Below, piece by piece: positions 1 through 11,900 of a stretch of DNA of 64,000 nucleotides. Origin of the DNA: Squalus acanthias (Eukaryota); the NCBI GenBank assembly GCA_030390025.1, contig CM059432.1, forward strand, positions 28,212,001-28,276,000, in the 5' to 3' direction. Below the pieces are notes generated by a model. The model searched no databases. It was not told where the DNA came from and saw nothing but the letters and a program-made list of their open reading frames with translations. Position 1 is the first letter of the stretch; each line of letters opens with the position of its first letter. The position numbers and the translations under genes were made by a program.

Positions 1-465
1 TTAAATCGAAGTGGCTGCTTCCATCCCCACGACTGGGTAAATATCGTGCATAATGTGACACAGAGCCACAGGAGAGGAAGACCCTATTGTGGAACACTGG
101 TCTGTATTGGATTAGCCAATCTCAACCAGGGTTGTAGTTGTAGGCATCACAATTTTCTCCAGTGTCCCAGGTCTGGGGAATAGGGACAGTGGGGAGGGCA
201 GGGGTCGGGGGGGTCGGGGGTTAAATCTGGCTGTGATCCAGTGTGTCCCATAACCCCTGCTGGAAAGTCCATGTGTGAGCGTTGGGTGAGGCTGGGACAG
301 TCCTTGGTGTCACATAGCCTGCAGACGTTCTCTGTCTAGGCTCATGCATGAATAATGGCCTCTTGGTGAAGAGCCAGAGACCTGCAAATATACGTGGATC
401 CGTAGCCCAGCAAGAATGATCAGTGTCAGAAGAAGGGAGAAATGAATCAGTTATGAGACCTTGTG

Positions 466-579
466 GGGGTGAAACTGGTCTTGATGTAAATAGAAAAGGA
501 AATCGGGCGAGGTGTAAAACAGGCTGGCAATTCGCTATGAGCCCGTTTTATGCTACTGACAATGACCAATTTCACACCC
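466..579. mobile_element. Short degenerate MITE
   Basis: Imperfect terminal inverted repeats ggggtgaaactggtc / gaccaatttcacaccc. Confidence 0.55.
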
Positions 580-1212
580 TGTGTATCCAATAAAACAGAA
601 ATGGAGTAAGAAAGATTCTTTTTAAAGTTCCCAAAATCAAAAACTTCATTCCTTTTAGTCTATAAATAGTTAATGAGACACTTTACTACAGTGTAGGGTG
701 GAGATTTCAAACACACGGAAAAGGGAAAGCTCAGCAAGAGTAAGATTCACCTCAGGCAGTCTCTGTCTCTCACGCTGACCTGTCTGCATCTTTCCATCTC
801 CTCCGAGGTGATTTAATCCTTTAATCTAAACCACCACAGCTGGAGAAACCCGCTGTTGTAAAATGCTATGTATCATAAAATCTCAGATGAAAGAAACCTT
901 GCTGCAGACTGGTATTATTCTTCTCTAAGTAACCTGACTGGGGGCTAATGATACGATACTCTGCTGTTTTTGGAAAAAAATAATGATTGGTGCCAGTGCC
1001 TTTCATTTTCAGAATCCAAATTTTACACGTGTCATCAACAATATGAAGCAAGCGAATGAGTGAAAATGGGCAGAAAGCAAAACACAAAATGGTCTACCTT
1101 ATTGGGCCTCACCCAAGGCCTGGGCCTTTATTTATTCAGAAATGGAAGGAGACATTTTAGGGAATGTATTCCCAAATGTCCTGTGGCTGGGAAAATTAAC
1201 CACATGTAGGAA

Positions 1213-3113
1213 AACATAAGAACATAAGAATAAGAAATAGGAGCAGGAGTAGGCCAATCGGCCCCTCGAGCCTGCTCCGCCATTCAATAAGATCATGGCT
1301 GATCTGATCCTAACCGCCAATCTACTATCTATCACAGAACCATCTCCTGCATCTAACAGAATTGCACACACGAAATAGGAGCAGAATCAGGCTACACAGT
1401 CCCTGGGCCCGCTCCACTACCCACAGGGCCATGACCGATCCGAACCTAGACTCATGTCCAAATTCCTGCCCGCTCCCCGTAACCCTTAATGCCCTTTACT
1501 TCTAGGAAACTGTCTATTTCTGTTTTAAATTTAATTAATGTTGTAGCTTCTACAGCTTTTTGTGGCAGCATATTCCATGGACCTACCACCCTCTGAGTGA
1601 AGTAGTTCCTCCTCATCTCAGTTTTGAAAGAGCAGCCCCTTATTCTAAGACTATGTCCCCTAGTTCTCGTCTCACCCGTCATCGGGAACATCCTCCCCGC
1701 ATCCACCCGATCCAACCCCTTCACAATCTTATATGTTTCAATAAGATCGCCTCTCATTCTTCTGAACTCCAATGAGTAGAGTCCCAATCTACCCAACCTC
1801 TCCTCATATGACCACCCCCTCATCCCCGGGATTAACCGAGTGAACCTTTTTTGCACTGCCTCGAGAGCAAGGATGTCTTTCCTTAAGTAAGGACACCAAA
1901 ACTGTATGCAGTATTCCAGGTGCGGTCTCACCAATACCTTGTACAACTGAAGCAATACCTCCCTATTTTTATATTCTATCCCCCTAGCAATGAAAGCCAA
2001 CATTCCATTTGCCTTCTTAATCACTTGCTGCACCTGCATACTAACCTTTTGAGTTTCGTGCACCAGGACCCCCAGATCCCTTTGCACTTCAGTACTCTCC
2101 AGTTTCTTGCCATTAAGATAATAAATTGCTCTAGGATTTTTCCTGCCAAAGTGCATCACCTCACACTTTCCAGTGTTGTATTCCATCTGCCAAATCTCTG
2201 CCCACTTACTTAGCCTGTCTATGTCCCCTTGCAGGTTTTTTATGTCCTCCTCACTCACTACTTTCCCTCCCATCTTTGTATCATCTGCAAATTTTGATAT
2301 GTTACACTTGGTCCCTTCCTCCAAATCGTTAATATAGATTGTGAAGAGTTGGGGACCCAGCACTGACCCCTGTGGAACACCACTAGTTACTGATTGCCAG
2401 TCTGAGAATGAACCATTTATCCCAACTCTTTGCTTTCTGTTAGATAGCCAATCCTCTATCCATGCCAGAATATTACCCCCAATCCCGTGATTTTTTACCT
2501 TAAGCAATAATCTTTTGTGTGGCACCTTGTCAAATGCCTTTTGGAAGTCTAAATACACTACGTCCACTGGTTCCCCTTTATCCACTCTATATGTTACTTC
2601 CTCAAAGAACTCCAGCAAATTTGTCAAACATGACTTCCCCTTCGTAAAACCATGCTGACTTTGTCCTATTAAATTATGATTATCCAAATGTCCTGTTACT
2701 GTTTCCTTAATAATGGACTCCAAAATTTTACCTACCACAGATGTTAGGCTAACCGGTCTATAGTTACCAGCCTTCTGTCTACTGCCCTTTTTAAATAAGG
2801 GTGTTACATTAGCAGTTTTCCAGTCTGCCGGGACCTTAGCGGAATCCAGGGAGTTTTGAAAAATTATTACCAATGCATCTACAATCCCTACCGCCACTTC
2901 CTTCAAGACTCTAGGATGTAAGCCATCAGGTCCAGGTGATTTATCCGCCTTGAGTCCCATTATTTTACCGAGTACCACTTCCTTAGTGATTTTGATCGTG
3001 TTTAGCTCCTCTCCCCCTATAGCCCCCTGTTTGTCCAGTGTTGGGATATTCTTAGTGTCCTCTACTGTAAAGACTGATACAAAATATTCATTCAGTGTTT
3101 TTGCCATCTCCAT
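1213..3113 (-). mobile_element. 5'-truncated CR1 LINE with uninterrupted ORF2 C-terminal part (reverse transcriptase)
   Basis: ORF 1452..3149 has KSPGPDG, NYRPVSLTS, QHGF, LDFQKAFDKVPH, GVPQGSVLGP, FADD and RRMRGDLIETYK motifs. (AACATAAG)n tail at ~1213-1235. The first ~12 aa of the ORF are flank read-through. Confidence 0.95.
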
Positions 3114-3787
3114 AAAAAATAAACTGGAATTAGAGGTACATAAATCCACCCTACCTCATTCTCCTTTCACCACATTTGAGATACTTTGAATCCAAACCAC
3201 TCACCCCTCCTAATCTCTCCCTCCATGTCTCTGGTGTCTGTTCCCTTACCAATACCTTTTTATCCCCCTCTCTGTAAGGTGCTTTGTGACATTTTCTATG
3301 CTAAAGTCATTATATAAATGAAAGCTGTTGCAGTTGTGGATCCCATACTCACCCAATATCCACACGCATGCACATTCGCTGGAATACAATCTGGAGCAAG
3401 AGCACAGGCTGATCTTCCTCCCTGAGCCAGGCACACTGAGGCCAACTGCAACACTCCCGATGGTGCCCTTGGCAGAGGTTGGGATTGAACTCTGGGTGGC
3501 TCAGCTCCTCGTAAGATAACTCATGAAGCCATCAGGAGCCATCAGGAGAGAGCTGCAAATCACTTTATGTACCCAAGAAGCAGTTGGAGCAGCTGCATTG
3601 TGCAGATGGACAACCATGAAGCTGCTGATTGAACGGGTCATTGTTTTTCCAAAAAAGATGTCCGGCAAAACATTCCTCATTTATTAAGTAAATAGGACAT
3701 TAAAATGTGCCATCATGTCACTTGTGTGTGACGTCCTTGTGGTACAAGTGACACACAGCCCTTCTTCCTTTCTCCCTTCACCCACAT

Positions 3788-4010
3788 CATGGTTCAGCTG
3801 GTAGCACCCTTGCCTCTGAGTGACAAAGATGTGGGTTCAAGTCCCAATCCAGAGACTTGAGCACAAAATTGAGGCTGATACTTCAGTGCAGTACTGAGGT
3901 CGTGCTGCACTGTTAGAGAGAAAGTCTTTCAGATGAGACGTTAAACTGAGGCCTCACCTTCGATCCCAGGTGTATGTAAAAGATCCCATGGCACTATTTT
4001 GAAGAAGAAC
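3788..4010 (+). mobile_element. tRNA-derived DeuSINE (SacSINE1-like), 5' half
   Basis: A/B-box head (ggttcagctggtagc..ggttcaagtccc) and gatgagacgttaaac..aaagatcccatggcactattt core shared with 7495-7955. Confidence 0.75.
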
Positions 4011-4766
4011 ACAATACTCCAGTTGGGGCCGAACCAGTGTTTTATATAGGTTTAGCATAACTTCCTGGATTTTGTACTCTATGCCTCTATTTATAAAGCC
4101 CAGGATCTGCTTTATTAACTGCTTTGTTAACCTATTCTGCCACCTTCAAAGATTTGTGCACAAACACCCCCAGGTCTCTCTGTTCTTGTACCCACTTTAA
4201 AATTGTACCATTTAGCTTGTATTCTTCCTACCAAAATGTATCACCTCACACTTCTCTACATTGAATTTCATCTGCCATGTGTCCGCCCATTCCACCAGCC
4301 TGTCTATGTCCTCGAAGTCTATTACTATCTTCCTCACTGTTTACTACACTTCCAAGTTTCATGTCATCTGCAAATGTTGAATTTGTGCCCTGTACCCCCA
4401 AGTCCAAGTCATTAATGTATATCAAAAACAGAAGTGGTCCTAGAACCCTGGGCAACACCACCGTAGACGTCCCTCCAGTCCAAAAAACAGCTATTCCTAC
4501 AACTCTCTGTTTTCTATCCCTTAGCCAATTTTTTATCTATGCTGCTACGGTCCCTTTTATCCCATGGGCTTCAATTTTGCTAACAAGCCAAATATTTTGT
4601 ACTTCTTCAAACGCCTTTTGAAAGTCCATATACACATCAACTGCACGGCTATCATCCACTCTCTCTGTTACCTCATCAAAACTCAATCAAGTTAATCAAA
4701 CATGATTTGCCTCTGTTGGCTCTCCTTTATTAGTCCATGCTTGTCCAAGTGGCTGTTAATTTTCTC
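4011..4766 (-). mobile_element. Degraded CR1 RT fragment
   Basis: ORF 4246..4461 reads VLGPLLFLIYINDLD..FADDMKLG; frameshifted. Confidence 0.85.
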
Positions 4767-5505
4767 CGGATCTTGCTGTAAAAATAACGGCAAGTCATGA
4801 CGCACACTGTTATTAATATGAAAATTGGTCAGAAAGTTCAGGGGATTAAAAGATACGGCTTGAGTTGCAAATCTCTAGAGCTTGCTGGTCAATTTACAAT
4901 GTTCCGCCGTTTGCTTTGCACAAACAGCATCTCGCCCTTAGACTTGCTGGATTTGCACATTAATTGCCCATTAAACTCGCCGCAGAAAGTCAAGTCTGGT
5001 AATTAACTGCGTAAGTACCTTTTTACCGACATGATAATTATTAATGCAATGCCAATCAACCCCTCTGGCCCAGAAATTGAACAATTTAAATTGTTGTGTC
5101 TCATTCCTTCAGGTGGTAAATTGTTCTTGGAGATTTAAAAAATGTCAAATTTAAAATGTTTATATTTCATGACTTTTCCTTTCTGTCTCATTTTTCTCTC
5201 TCTTCATCCAATCTTTCTTTCCCTCTCTTTATTTTTCCTTCTGTACCTGATCTGACTCGAATTTACCCTCCTTCTCAGTCATTCCGCTGTTGCTTTTAAA
5301 TTCCTTAAATCTCATTGGTCAAGGAGATACACTGTTGGTCCCACCGTTCGCTAAGGTCCCAGATGCCCTGTTGCCCTCACCACGGTGTTATCAGCTCGCA
5401 CTTCCAGCAAGTTACGCCGCAAAACATTTTTTAGATAAGGGTGCAGAAAAAAGCCTAACAAACAGGGCATGCCACCAGATGCCCCTTTCCAGCAAGATCC
5501 GACCC
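4767..5505. mobile_element. Harbinger-like MITE (~740 bp)
   Basis: Inverted ends cggatcttgctgtaaaa / tttccagcaagatccg. AT- and CT-rich core, no ORF. Superfamily inferred. Confidence 0.7.
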
Positions 5506-6361
5506 AATGTTTTGTCATGGAAGACACAGTTCCTTTAATAAACAAGTCCTGCGTTGTTTTCGTGCTCCCAGATGCTACTTATTGCTGAATTCAGGCGATG
5601 CAGCGATGAAAACAACACAATCTATTTGTGGGAACGTTTCCTGGATTAACAAGAACCTCTGCAGTTTTCACCTCAGCATGCTCCACCCCCTTAAACAAAA
5701 AAATCTGAAACAGGACTGGCTTTAGGACACCAAGGTTTCCTCAAAACCAGTTTCTAGTTAAAAAAAAACACAGAAACACATGGTCTGAATCCCTCACAAC
5801 TATGCTTTGTGCAGCTCTCAGGGCTACCAGACTCCAGTATACCTGTTGCTATCATCTGACTTGGGACTGTTCAAGGAAACTGATCCCAGCTGTTTAAATA
5901 GGAATGAAAATGCCTCACTGTCTCCATGGGCAACGCATAAAAACAAGGTTTGAGTTCGGGTCCAAGGGGGGGGTTCCTTTCAGCATCGATCAGCTTGTTT
6001 AAATTGTGACGACACAGCATGAGAGAGAATGAAACTACGGAAATGTAAACTCTCGCCTATGTCCTGTCATGCAGTAATTAGCAAAGCGGGGAGGGAGGAA
6101 GAGGAGAGTGCTTTGGCATGGTGAGGGGAGTCCATCAAACACTTTTTGGCCATTATTAAGAGCTCAGGATCTGGAACGGATGTAAAAACATGCTCTAAAT
6201 GACAATTATCTCAAATGCCATTAAGCCACTCAATATGTTTTTCAGCATTAAACCAAGGAAATTAGATTTCAGTACAGTTCACAGTGCTTTAAAAGGGCAG
6301 CGCATTCATGAAAAAGTATTTGGCATAAGCTGGACGGATGGCTCAGTGAAAGAGTGCACGG

Positions 6362-6795
6362 GCCGCTGTGGTACTGAGTCACACACACACACTGGCCAGT
6401 GCGGTACTGAGCCACACACAGGCTGGCTGGTGCGGTGCTGAGTCACACACACACACACGGGTGGGGGGAGAGATGGCGGGTGGGGAGCTGAGTGTGGTAC
6501 TGAGTCACACACGCGCTGGTCGGTGTGGTACTGAGTCACACACACGCTGGCCAATGAGGTACTGAGCCACACACAGGCTGGCCAATGAGGTACTGAGCTA
6601 CACACAGGCTGGCCAATGAGGTACTGAGCCACACACAGGCTGGCCAATGAGGTACTGAGCCACACACAGGCTGGCCAATGAGGTACTGAGCCACACACAG
6701 GCTGGCCAATGAGGTACTGAGCCACACACAGGCTGGCCAATGAGGTACTGAGCCACACACAGGCAGGCCAATGAGGTACTGAGCCACATACACAC
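6362..6795. repeat. 31-bp minisatellite (GGCTGGCCAATGAGGTACTGAGCCACACACA)n
   Basis: About 8 near-identical units at 6545-6790, preceded by degenerate units with variable (CA)n length. Confidence 0.95.
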
Positions 6796-7259
6796 TAGAA
6801 AGGTCACAATCAGGCTGTGCTGAGTTAGCCAATCATTTAAAGAAGAAAATATTAAAGAGTACAGGGAAAGAGCAGGGGAATAGGTTTCGAGCAGATTGTG
6901 GGAAGCTAGCACTGGCACAGCCATAATAAGACGAATGGCCTTCCTTCTGTACAATTTAACATTTGTTGACAACAGTCAATTTTTTTTCACAAATTCCCAG
7001 TAGAAATCGATAGAAACTGTATCCAAACAACAACTTACACTCAAATGACTTATGTGGCAGTAATTCTGTGGGGTTTCTCCCGATCTCTTTGGTGGAATAT
7101 TGGCAGAAACCCCAGAGAAACAGGGTTTGTTACTGACAGAAATACATCATCTGACATACTTTCGATTTTAAATGCCTTAGCAATGTTAGGCATCAGGACA
7201 CCATTAGTTTCCTTGCATCCCAGACTGTTAAAAACTGTGATATAAAATGGAGGCTATTC

Positions 7260-8030
7260 ATTTACCTCCCAAACCTGTGACCTCCGCTTCCTAAAAGGAC
7301 GAGGGCAGCAGGTGCATGGGAGCACCATCACCTCCAATGCTCCCTCCAAGTCACGCACTAACTCAATTTGCACATATATCGCCATTCCTTCATTGTCACT
7401 GGATCAAAATCCTGGAATTTATGACCTAATAGCACTGTGGGAGCACCTTCACCACACAGACTGCTGCAGTTCAAGAAGAAGCTGCACCTTTTCACTGTGT
7501 CAGCCGTGGCTCAGTGGGTAGCACACCCGCCTCTGAGGTTGTGGGTTCAAGTCCCACTCCAGGGACTTGAGCACATAAATCTAGGCTGACAGTGCAGTGC
7601 TGAGGGAGTGCTGCACTGTCAGAGGTGCCGTCTTTCGGATGAGACGTTAAACCAAGGCTCCGTCTGCTCTCTCAGGTGGACGTAAAAGATCCCATGGCAC
7701 TATTTCGAAGATGAGTAGGGGAGTTATCCCCAGTGTCCTGGCCAATATTTATCCCTCAATCAACATCACTAAAACAGATTATCTGGTCATTATCACATTG
7801 CTGTTTGTGGGAGCTTGCTGTGTGCAAATTGGCTGCCGTGTTTCCCACCTTACAACAGTGACTACACTCCAAAAGTACAGCCAATGGCTGTAAAGAGCTT
7901 TGAGACGTCCGGTGGTTGTGAAAGGCGCTATATAAATGCAAGTCTTTCTTTCTTTCTTTTCAAGGGCAACTAGGGATGAGCAATAACTGCAGGTCTGCCA
8001 GTGATGCTCATACCAGAGAATTAAAAAAAC
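7260..8030 (+). mobile_element. 3' end of a LINE family, split by a SINE insertion
   Basis: Sequence resumes after the SINE (..gcaccttttca|agggcaactagggatgagcaataa..) and ends in an A-run. The same tail recurs at ~10505-10566 (minus) and ~18730-18790. Confidence 0.65.
7495..7955 (+). mobile_element. Full-length DeuSINE (SacSINE1-like)
   Basis: tRNA-like head gtggctcagtgggtagc..ggttcaagtccc, conserved core, aaggcgctatataaatgcaagt(cttt)n tail. TSD cttttca at 7488-7494 and 7956-7962. Confidence 0.88.
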
Positions 8031-8243
8031 CATAGTGCAACTGATTACTGAACGATCGACTGTACTCGGCCCTGTGAAAATGATTGGCACCACTGGCCAT
8101 ATAACCCTGCGGCAATGCCTCAGCAGTTCCCCTCTCGGGCAACTTGGTGGGACCACAAATACCACAATTGCTTTGCTGACCCTGAACCTTGATAAACTGT
8201 GGGGGCTCAGGCCGGAGATAGGTTGGTGGGTGGGATTTCCAGG

Positions 8244-9423
8244 CCAATATTCTAACTGCGGCCTAACCAATGATACACAAAGTTTTAGCATTACCTCTTT
8301 GCTTTTGTACTTTATGCTCCGACTTATAAAACCTAGGATCCACATGCTTTATCTGGCAGCTTTATCAACTTGTGCTCCCATTTTTAAAGATATGTGTCTC
8401 TGAACCCTTGGCCGGAATTTCCCCCTAATAAAAAATGGGTGGGTATGGAGCGTGGGGGTAGATAAAGTGTTAAAAATGGGATTCTTGACCTGATCCCGCC
8501 TCCAACCCGCCCACTTCCGGTCTTAACGGTAGCAGGATAGGGCCAGGGCGGGGGGGCGACCAATCCGCTCCCAGGGAGCGGAACATCAATTTAATGTTGA
8601 GGCTGGAAACCTCTTTTCTCCTGTCCACTTTGAATTTAACTGCATGTGGACGGGTTTCACACAATTCATGATTCCCGGCAGTTAAACCGAGGCGGGGACT
8701 GCTGCACCCAGGAGGTAAGTGGCTTTACACCTACCTCCTGGATCCAGGGTCCCTGTCTAACCCACCTCCCGCGAGTAGAGATCCCCTCACGAGGCCTCCG
8801 ATCAACACCCCAGGCCTCTCCCCCCTCCCCACTAATGATGCTGAGGCCGGCCACAATCCTTCGGTGGCCGGCCCCGATCCTCTCTCCCCCCTGCTGATCC
8901 CCGGCCAACCCCCCGCCCCTCTGCCCCCCCCGATCCCCCAACATCCACCCCCGATCTATCCCATACCGATCCTTGAACGCCCCTCCCGCTCCATGACCAC
9001 CCCCCCGCCGATCCCCAACCCCCGCTCCAATCCCCGACCCTCCGTCTGCTGATCCTCCAACCCCCCACCGATCCCCACCTCCCCCCCATCCCCGATAGTG
9101 CCCTCCCCCGGACCGATCCCTCGCTCCCTCTCCACATCTGAAGGCCCACCCGCCCGCAGCCAGCCAGCCTCTCAATCTGGCTGGCTGAGGGTGGGAATCC
9201 GAGGCCTCACATGCAAATCTGGCCCAGCCATTAAAGTCGGCAGGGCCTGCAGGAAACCTGGCTTCCTGGGTTTCCCGCCCGCCTCGGAGGCCCCCTGTCC
9301 CCAGCCCACCTACCTGGAGAAAATTCAGGCCCTTTTCTCTCCCCTACTCTACTCCTTTTAAGGTGTAGTGTATTTAGTGTATTTTTCCTCTTCTTATTCA
9401 CCTTGCTAAAATGTATTACTTCA
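8244..9423 (-). mobile_element. CR1 fragment (8244-8409 and 9333-9423) interrupted by a MITE
   Basis: ORF 7779..8345 begins ILGFISRSIKYKSKEVMLKLCVSLVRPQLEY. CR1-like sequence continues after 9332. Confidence 0.7.
8410..9332. mobile_element. GC-rich Harbinger-like MITE with an internal C-rich (ccgatccc)-type low-complexity tract
   Basis: Ends ggccggaattt / aaattcaggccc, with flanks ctt/ttt (near 3-bp TSD). Confidence 0.75.
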
Positions 9424-10576
9424 GTCCTTACTAACTGGATACCTTCAAGTAACGTCTTATCTCAGGAAACTTGTCTCTGCTTGATCCTGTAGACTCATCT
9501 TATATTCATATTTTAGCTCAACATTTCCATTCCTACTTACCTGTGGGCACCTTTACTGAATAATGCCAAGTGAAGCGAGACTTATTTGAGAATCACTAAT
9601 AAGGAAATGAGTAATCTGGAATGACTTTATTTCATGAAGGCCTAACCCACTAACTATTAGACCTCAAAGGGATAAATAAGTGCATAAATGATCAAATTCA
9701 TTGCTGGATAGAATAAATAAATGAATGTTTTGTACAAATAATAATTCACCAGTTGAGTAGAATGACTGAATAAATAATCAACTGTCTGAATTAAATGTTA
9801 AATTGCGTGACAGCAATAAATCAATAATTATTTGACTACAAAAAAAGAAATAAGCCACTGATTGTAATCAATTATATTTAAGAAGTGATTCATTGTCTGT
9901 CTAAAATAAACAAAATCTGCAATAAATAAGTTGCTGGAATGCCCAGAGGATCTGAGTCAGCTTCCTGAGTTGTTCAATCCACATACCAAGTTGGCCTCTT
10001 TCTAGAAGTTGTTCCTCCAGCTCTGTTCCCCAGCTAAGGTTTAGCTTGGCTCATGCCTGCCAGTTCCTTCCACTAGTGGTTCACGTCAGCTGTCCCCTGT
10101 TCCTTCTGATCTTCCTTCTTTTCCCGCAGTTTTCTTCCTTCGTCTGTATTGGAATCGTTTCCCCTCCCAAACTGCTTCCCCATCAGCTTCCCATTTCCAA
10201 TTTGCAGAGCCTTCGTGCTGGCAAGTTTACCACTCAAAATTCAGACGCTGCTGAACTCACCAGCTTTATTGCCAACCCTCTGCTTTTCCGACCCTGGAAG
10301 CTATTTGCACTCGGGGTGCGGGATGGGGAGTGGGGGGGGCGGGGGGGTGGCACGGGCAGGAAACAGCTGACTGTCGAACAGTAGCACAAGTGTAGGTGGG
10401 CGGGAGGGGAACTGCTGAGGCATGGCCGCAGAGTTATATGGCCAGTGGTTCCAGTCTTTTTCACATGGCTGAGTACAGTCGATCGTTCAGTAATCAGTTG
10501 CTCTATGTTTTTTTTTAATTCTCTGGTATGGGCGTCACTGGCAGGCCTGCATTTATTGCCCAACCCCTAAATCTTC

Positions 10577-11292
10577 TTCAGAGAGATTTAGGTGTCCTCG
10601 TACAGGAAACACAGAAAGTTAGCATGCAGGTACAGCAAGCAATTAGGAAGGCAAATGGCATGTTGACCCTTATTGCAAGGGGGTTGGAGTATAAGAGTAA
10701 GGAAGTCTTACTACAATTGTACAAGGCTTTGGTGAGACCACACTTGGAGTACTGTGCACAGTTTTAGTCTCCATATCTGAGAAAGGACATACATGCCTTA
10801 GAGGCGGTGCAACGAAGGTTCACTAGATTGATCCCTGGGATGAGAGGGTTGTCCTATGAGGAGAGATTGTGTAGAATGGGCCTATACTCTCTGGAGTTTA
10901 GAAGAATGAGAGGTGATCTCATTGAAACATATAAGATTCTGAGGGGGATTGACAGGGTAGATGCTGAGAGGTTTGTTTCCCCTGGCTGGGGGGCATAGTC
11001 TCAGGATAAGGGGTCGGCCATTTAAGACTGAGATAAGGAGGAATTTCTTCACTCAGAGGGCTGTGAATCTTTGGAATTCTCTACCCCAAAGGGCTGAATT
11101 GTTGAATATATTCAAGGCTGAGATAGATCGATTTTTAGACTCTCGGGGAATCAAGGGATATGGGGATTGGGCGGGAAAGTGGAGTTGAGGTCGAAGATCA
11201 GCCATAATCTTATTGAGTGGCAGAGCAGGCTTGAAAGGCCGTATGGCCGACTCCTGCTCCTAATTCTTACGTTTGTATGTTCTTATGTTCTT
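10577..11292 (+). mobile_element. CR1 LINE 3' fragment
   Basis: Frameshifted ORFs 10528..10767, 10807..10998 and 10961..11188 are close to the C-terminus of the 565-aa CR1 ORF. tatgttct tail. Confidence 0.93.
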
Positions 11293-11454
11293 AAACAGCA
11301 CAAGGATTGTGGGGCGATTTTGAAGCTGGAGAAATCAGATAGCAGGGAGAGGACTGCATGAGTTGCATGGATGGGAGTCTGAAACGTTAACTCTGCTTTC
11401 GGAAAGCATGAGTAGTCAGCAACTATTAAATTCAGAACTATCAGGGGATCTCTG

Positions 11455-11625
11455 TACTGCCTCCTGTCCCTACGCCAACGTTTGGTCACCCACTTCCCTT
11501 CCTCATTAACTACCTCGACCTGAGGGGTGACTACCTCCTGCAATGTGCATTTCAGGAACCCTACAGTCTGCTGTATGTGAAGGAGTGTCACCAGCTGCTC
11601 CTCGAGCTCGGAAACTTTGAGCACA
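11455..11625 (-). mobile_element. Probable CR1 ORF1 fragment
   Basis: LKVSELEEQLVTLLHIQQ..FL..TLQEVVTPQV..WVT resembles the coiled-coil region of vertebrate CR1 ORF1 (recall). Confidence 0.55.
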
Positions 11626-11646
11626 CGTGGTTAGCACAGACACACA

Positions 11647-11900
11647 GGGCTGGATTTTGATACTGGGGCGGGTTGGGGTTGTGTCATCCGCTTTTCGTGT
11701 TATCCACCCGACTGCAATTGGATGTGGGAGATTGATGCAATTTTCACCTAATTGGGCAATTGAGTTCCAGCATGTGGGAACCCATGAACCAATCAGTGGT
11801 TTCAGTCTGAAAGTCGCCTCTGATGATGTCATCATTGCTGCTGCATTGAAGGTCAGAGACTGCTTGGCCTTTGCTGTGAGAGGACCTGGATGCAAAATGA
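11647..11900. mobile_element. One end of a Harbinger-like MITE, followed by (GA)n at 11920-11944
   Basis: Starts gggctggatttt, like the other MITE termini. No partner end found. Confidence 0.45.

Noticed and set aside
1452..3149. 565-aa RT as a host gene or a retron/DGR-type system
   Set aside because: Ordinary CR1 ORF2 fragment lacking the endonuclease and promoter. The N-terminus is flank read-through.
6306..6972. Cys/Trp-rich repeat ORFs
   Set aside because: Translations of the 31-bp minisatellite in all frames.
7500..7560. tRNA gene
   Set aside because: A/B boxes run straight into SINE body and tail, with no full cloverleaf.
8666..9175. Gly- and Pro-rich ORFs
   Set aside because: They arise from the C-rich low-complexity interior of a MITE.
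11380..11400. Second hammerhead (gaaacgttaactctg)
   Set aside because: Only the 3' half is present, with no upstream CUGAnGA core.
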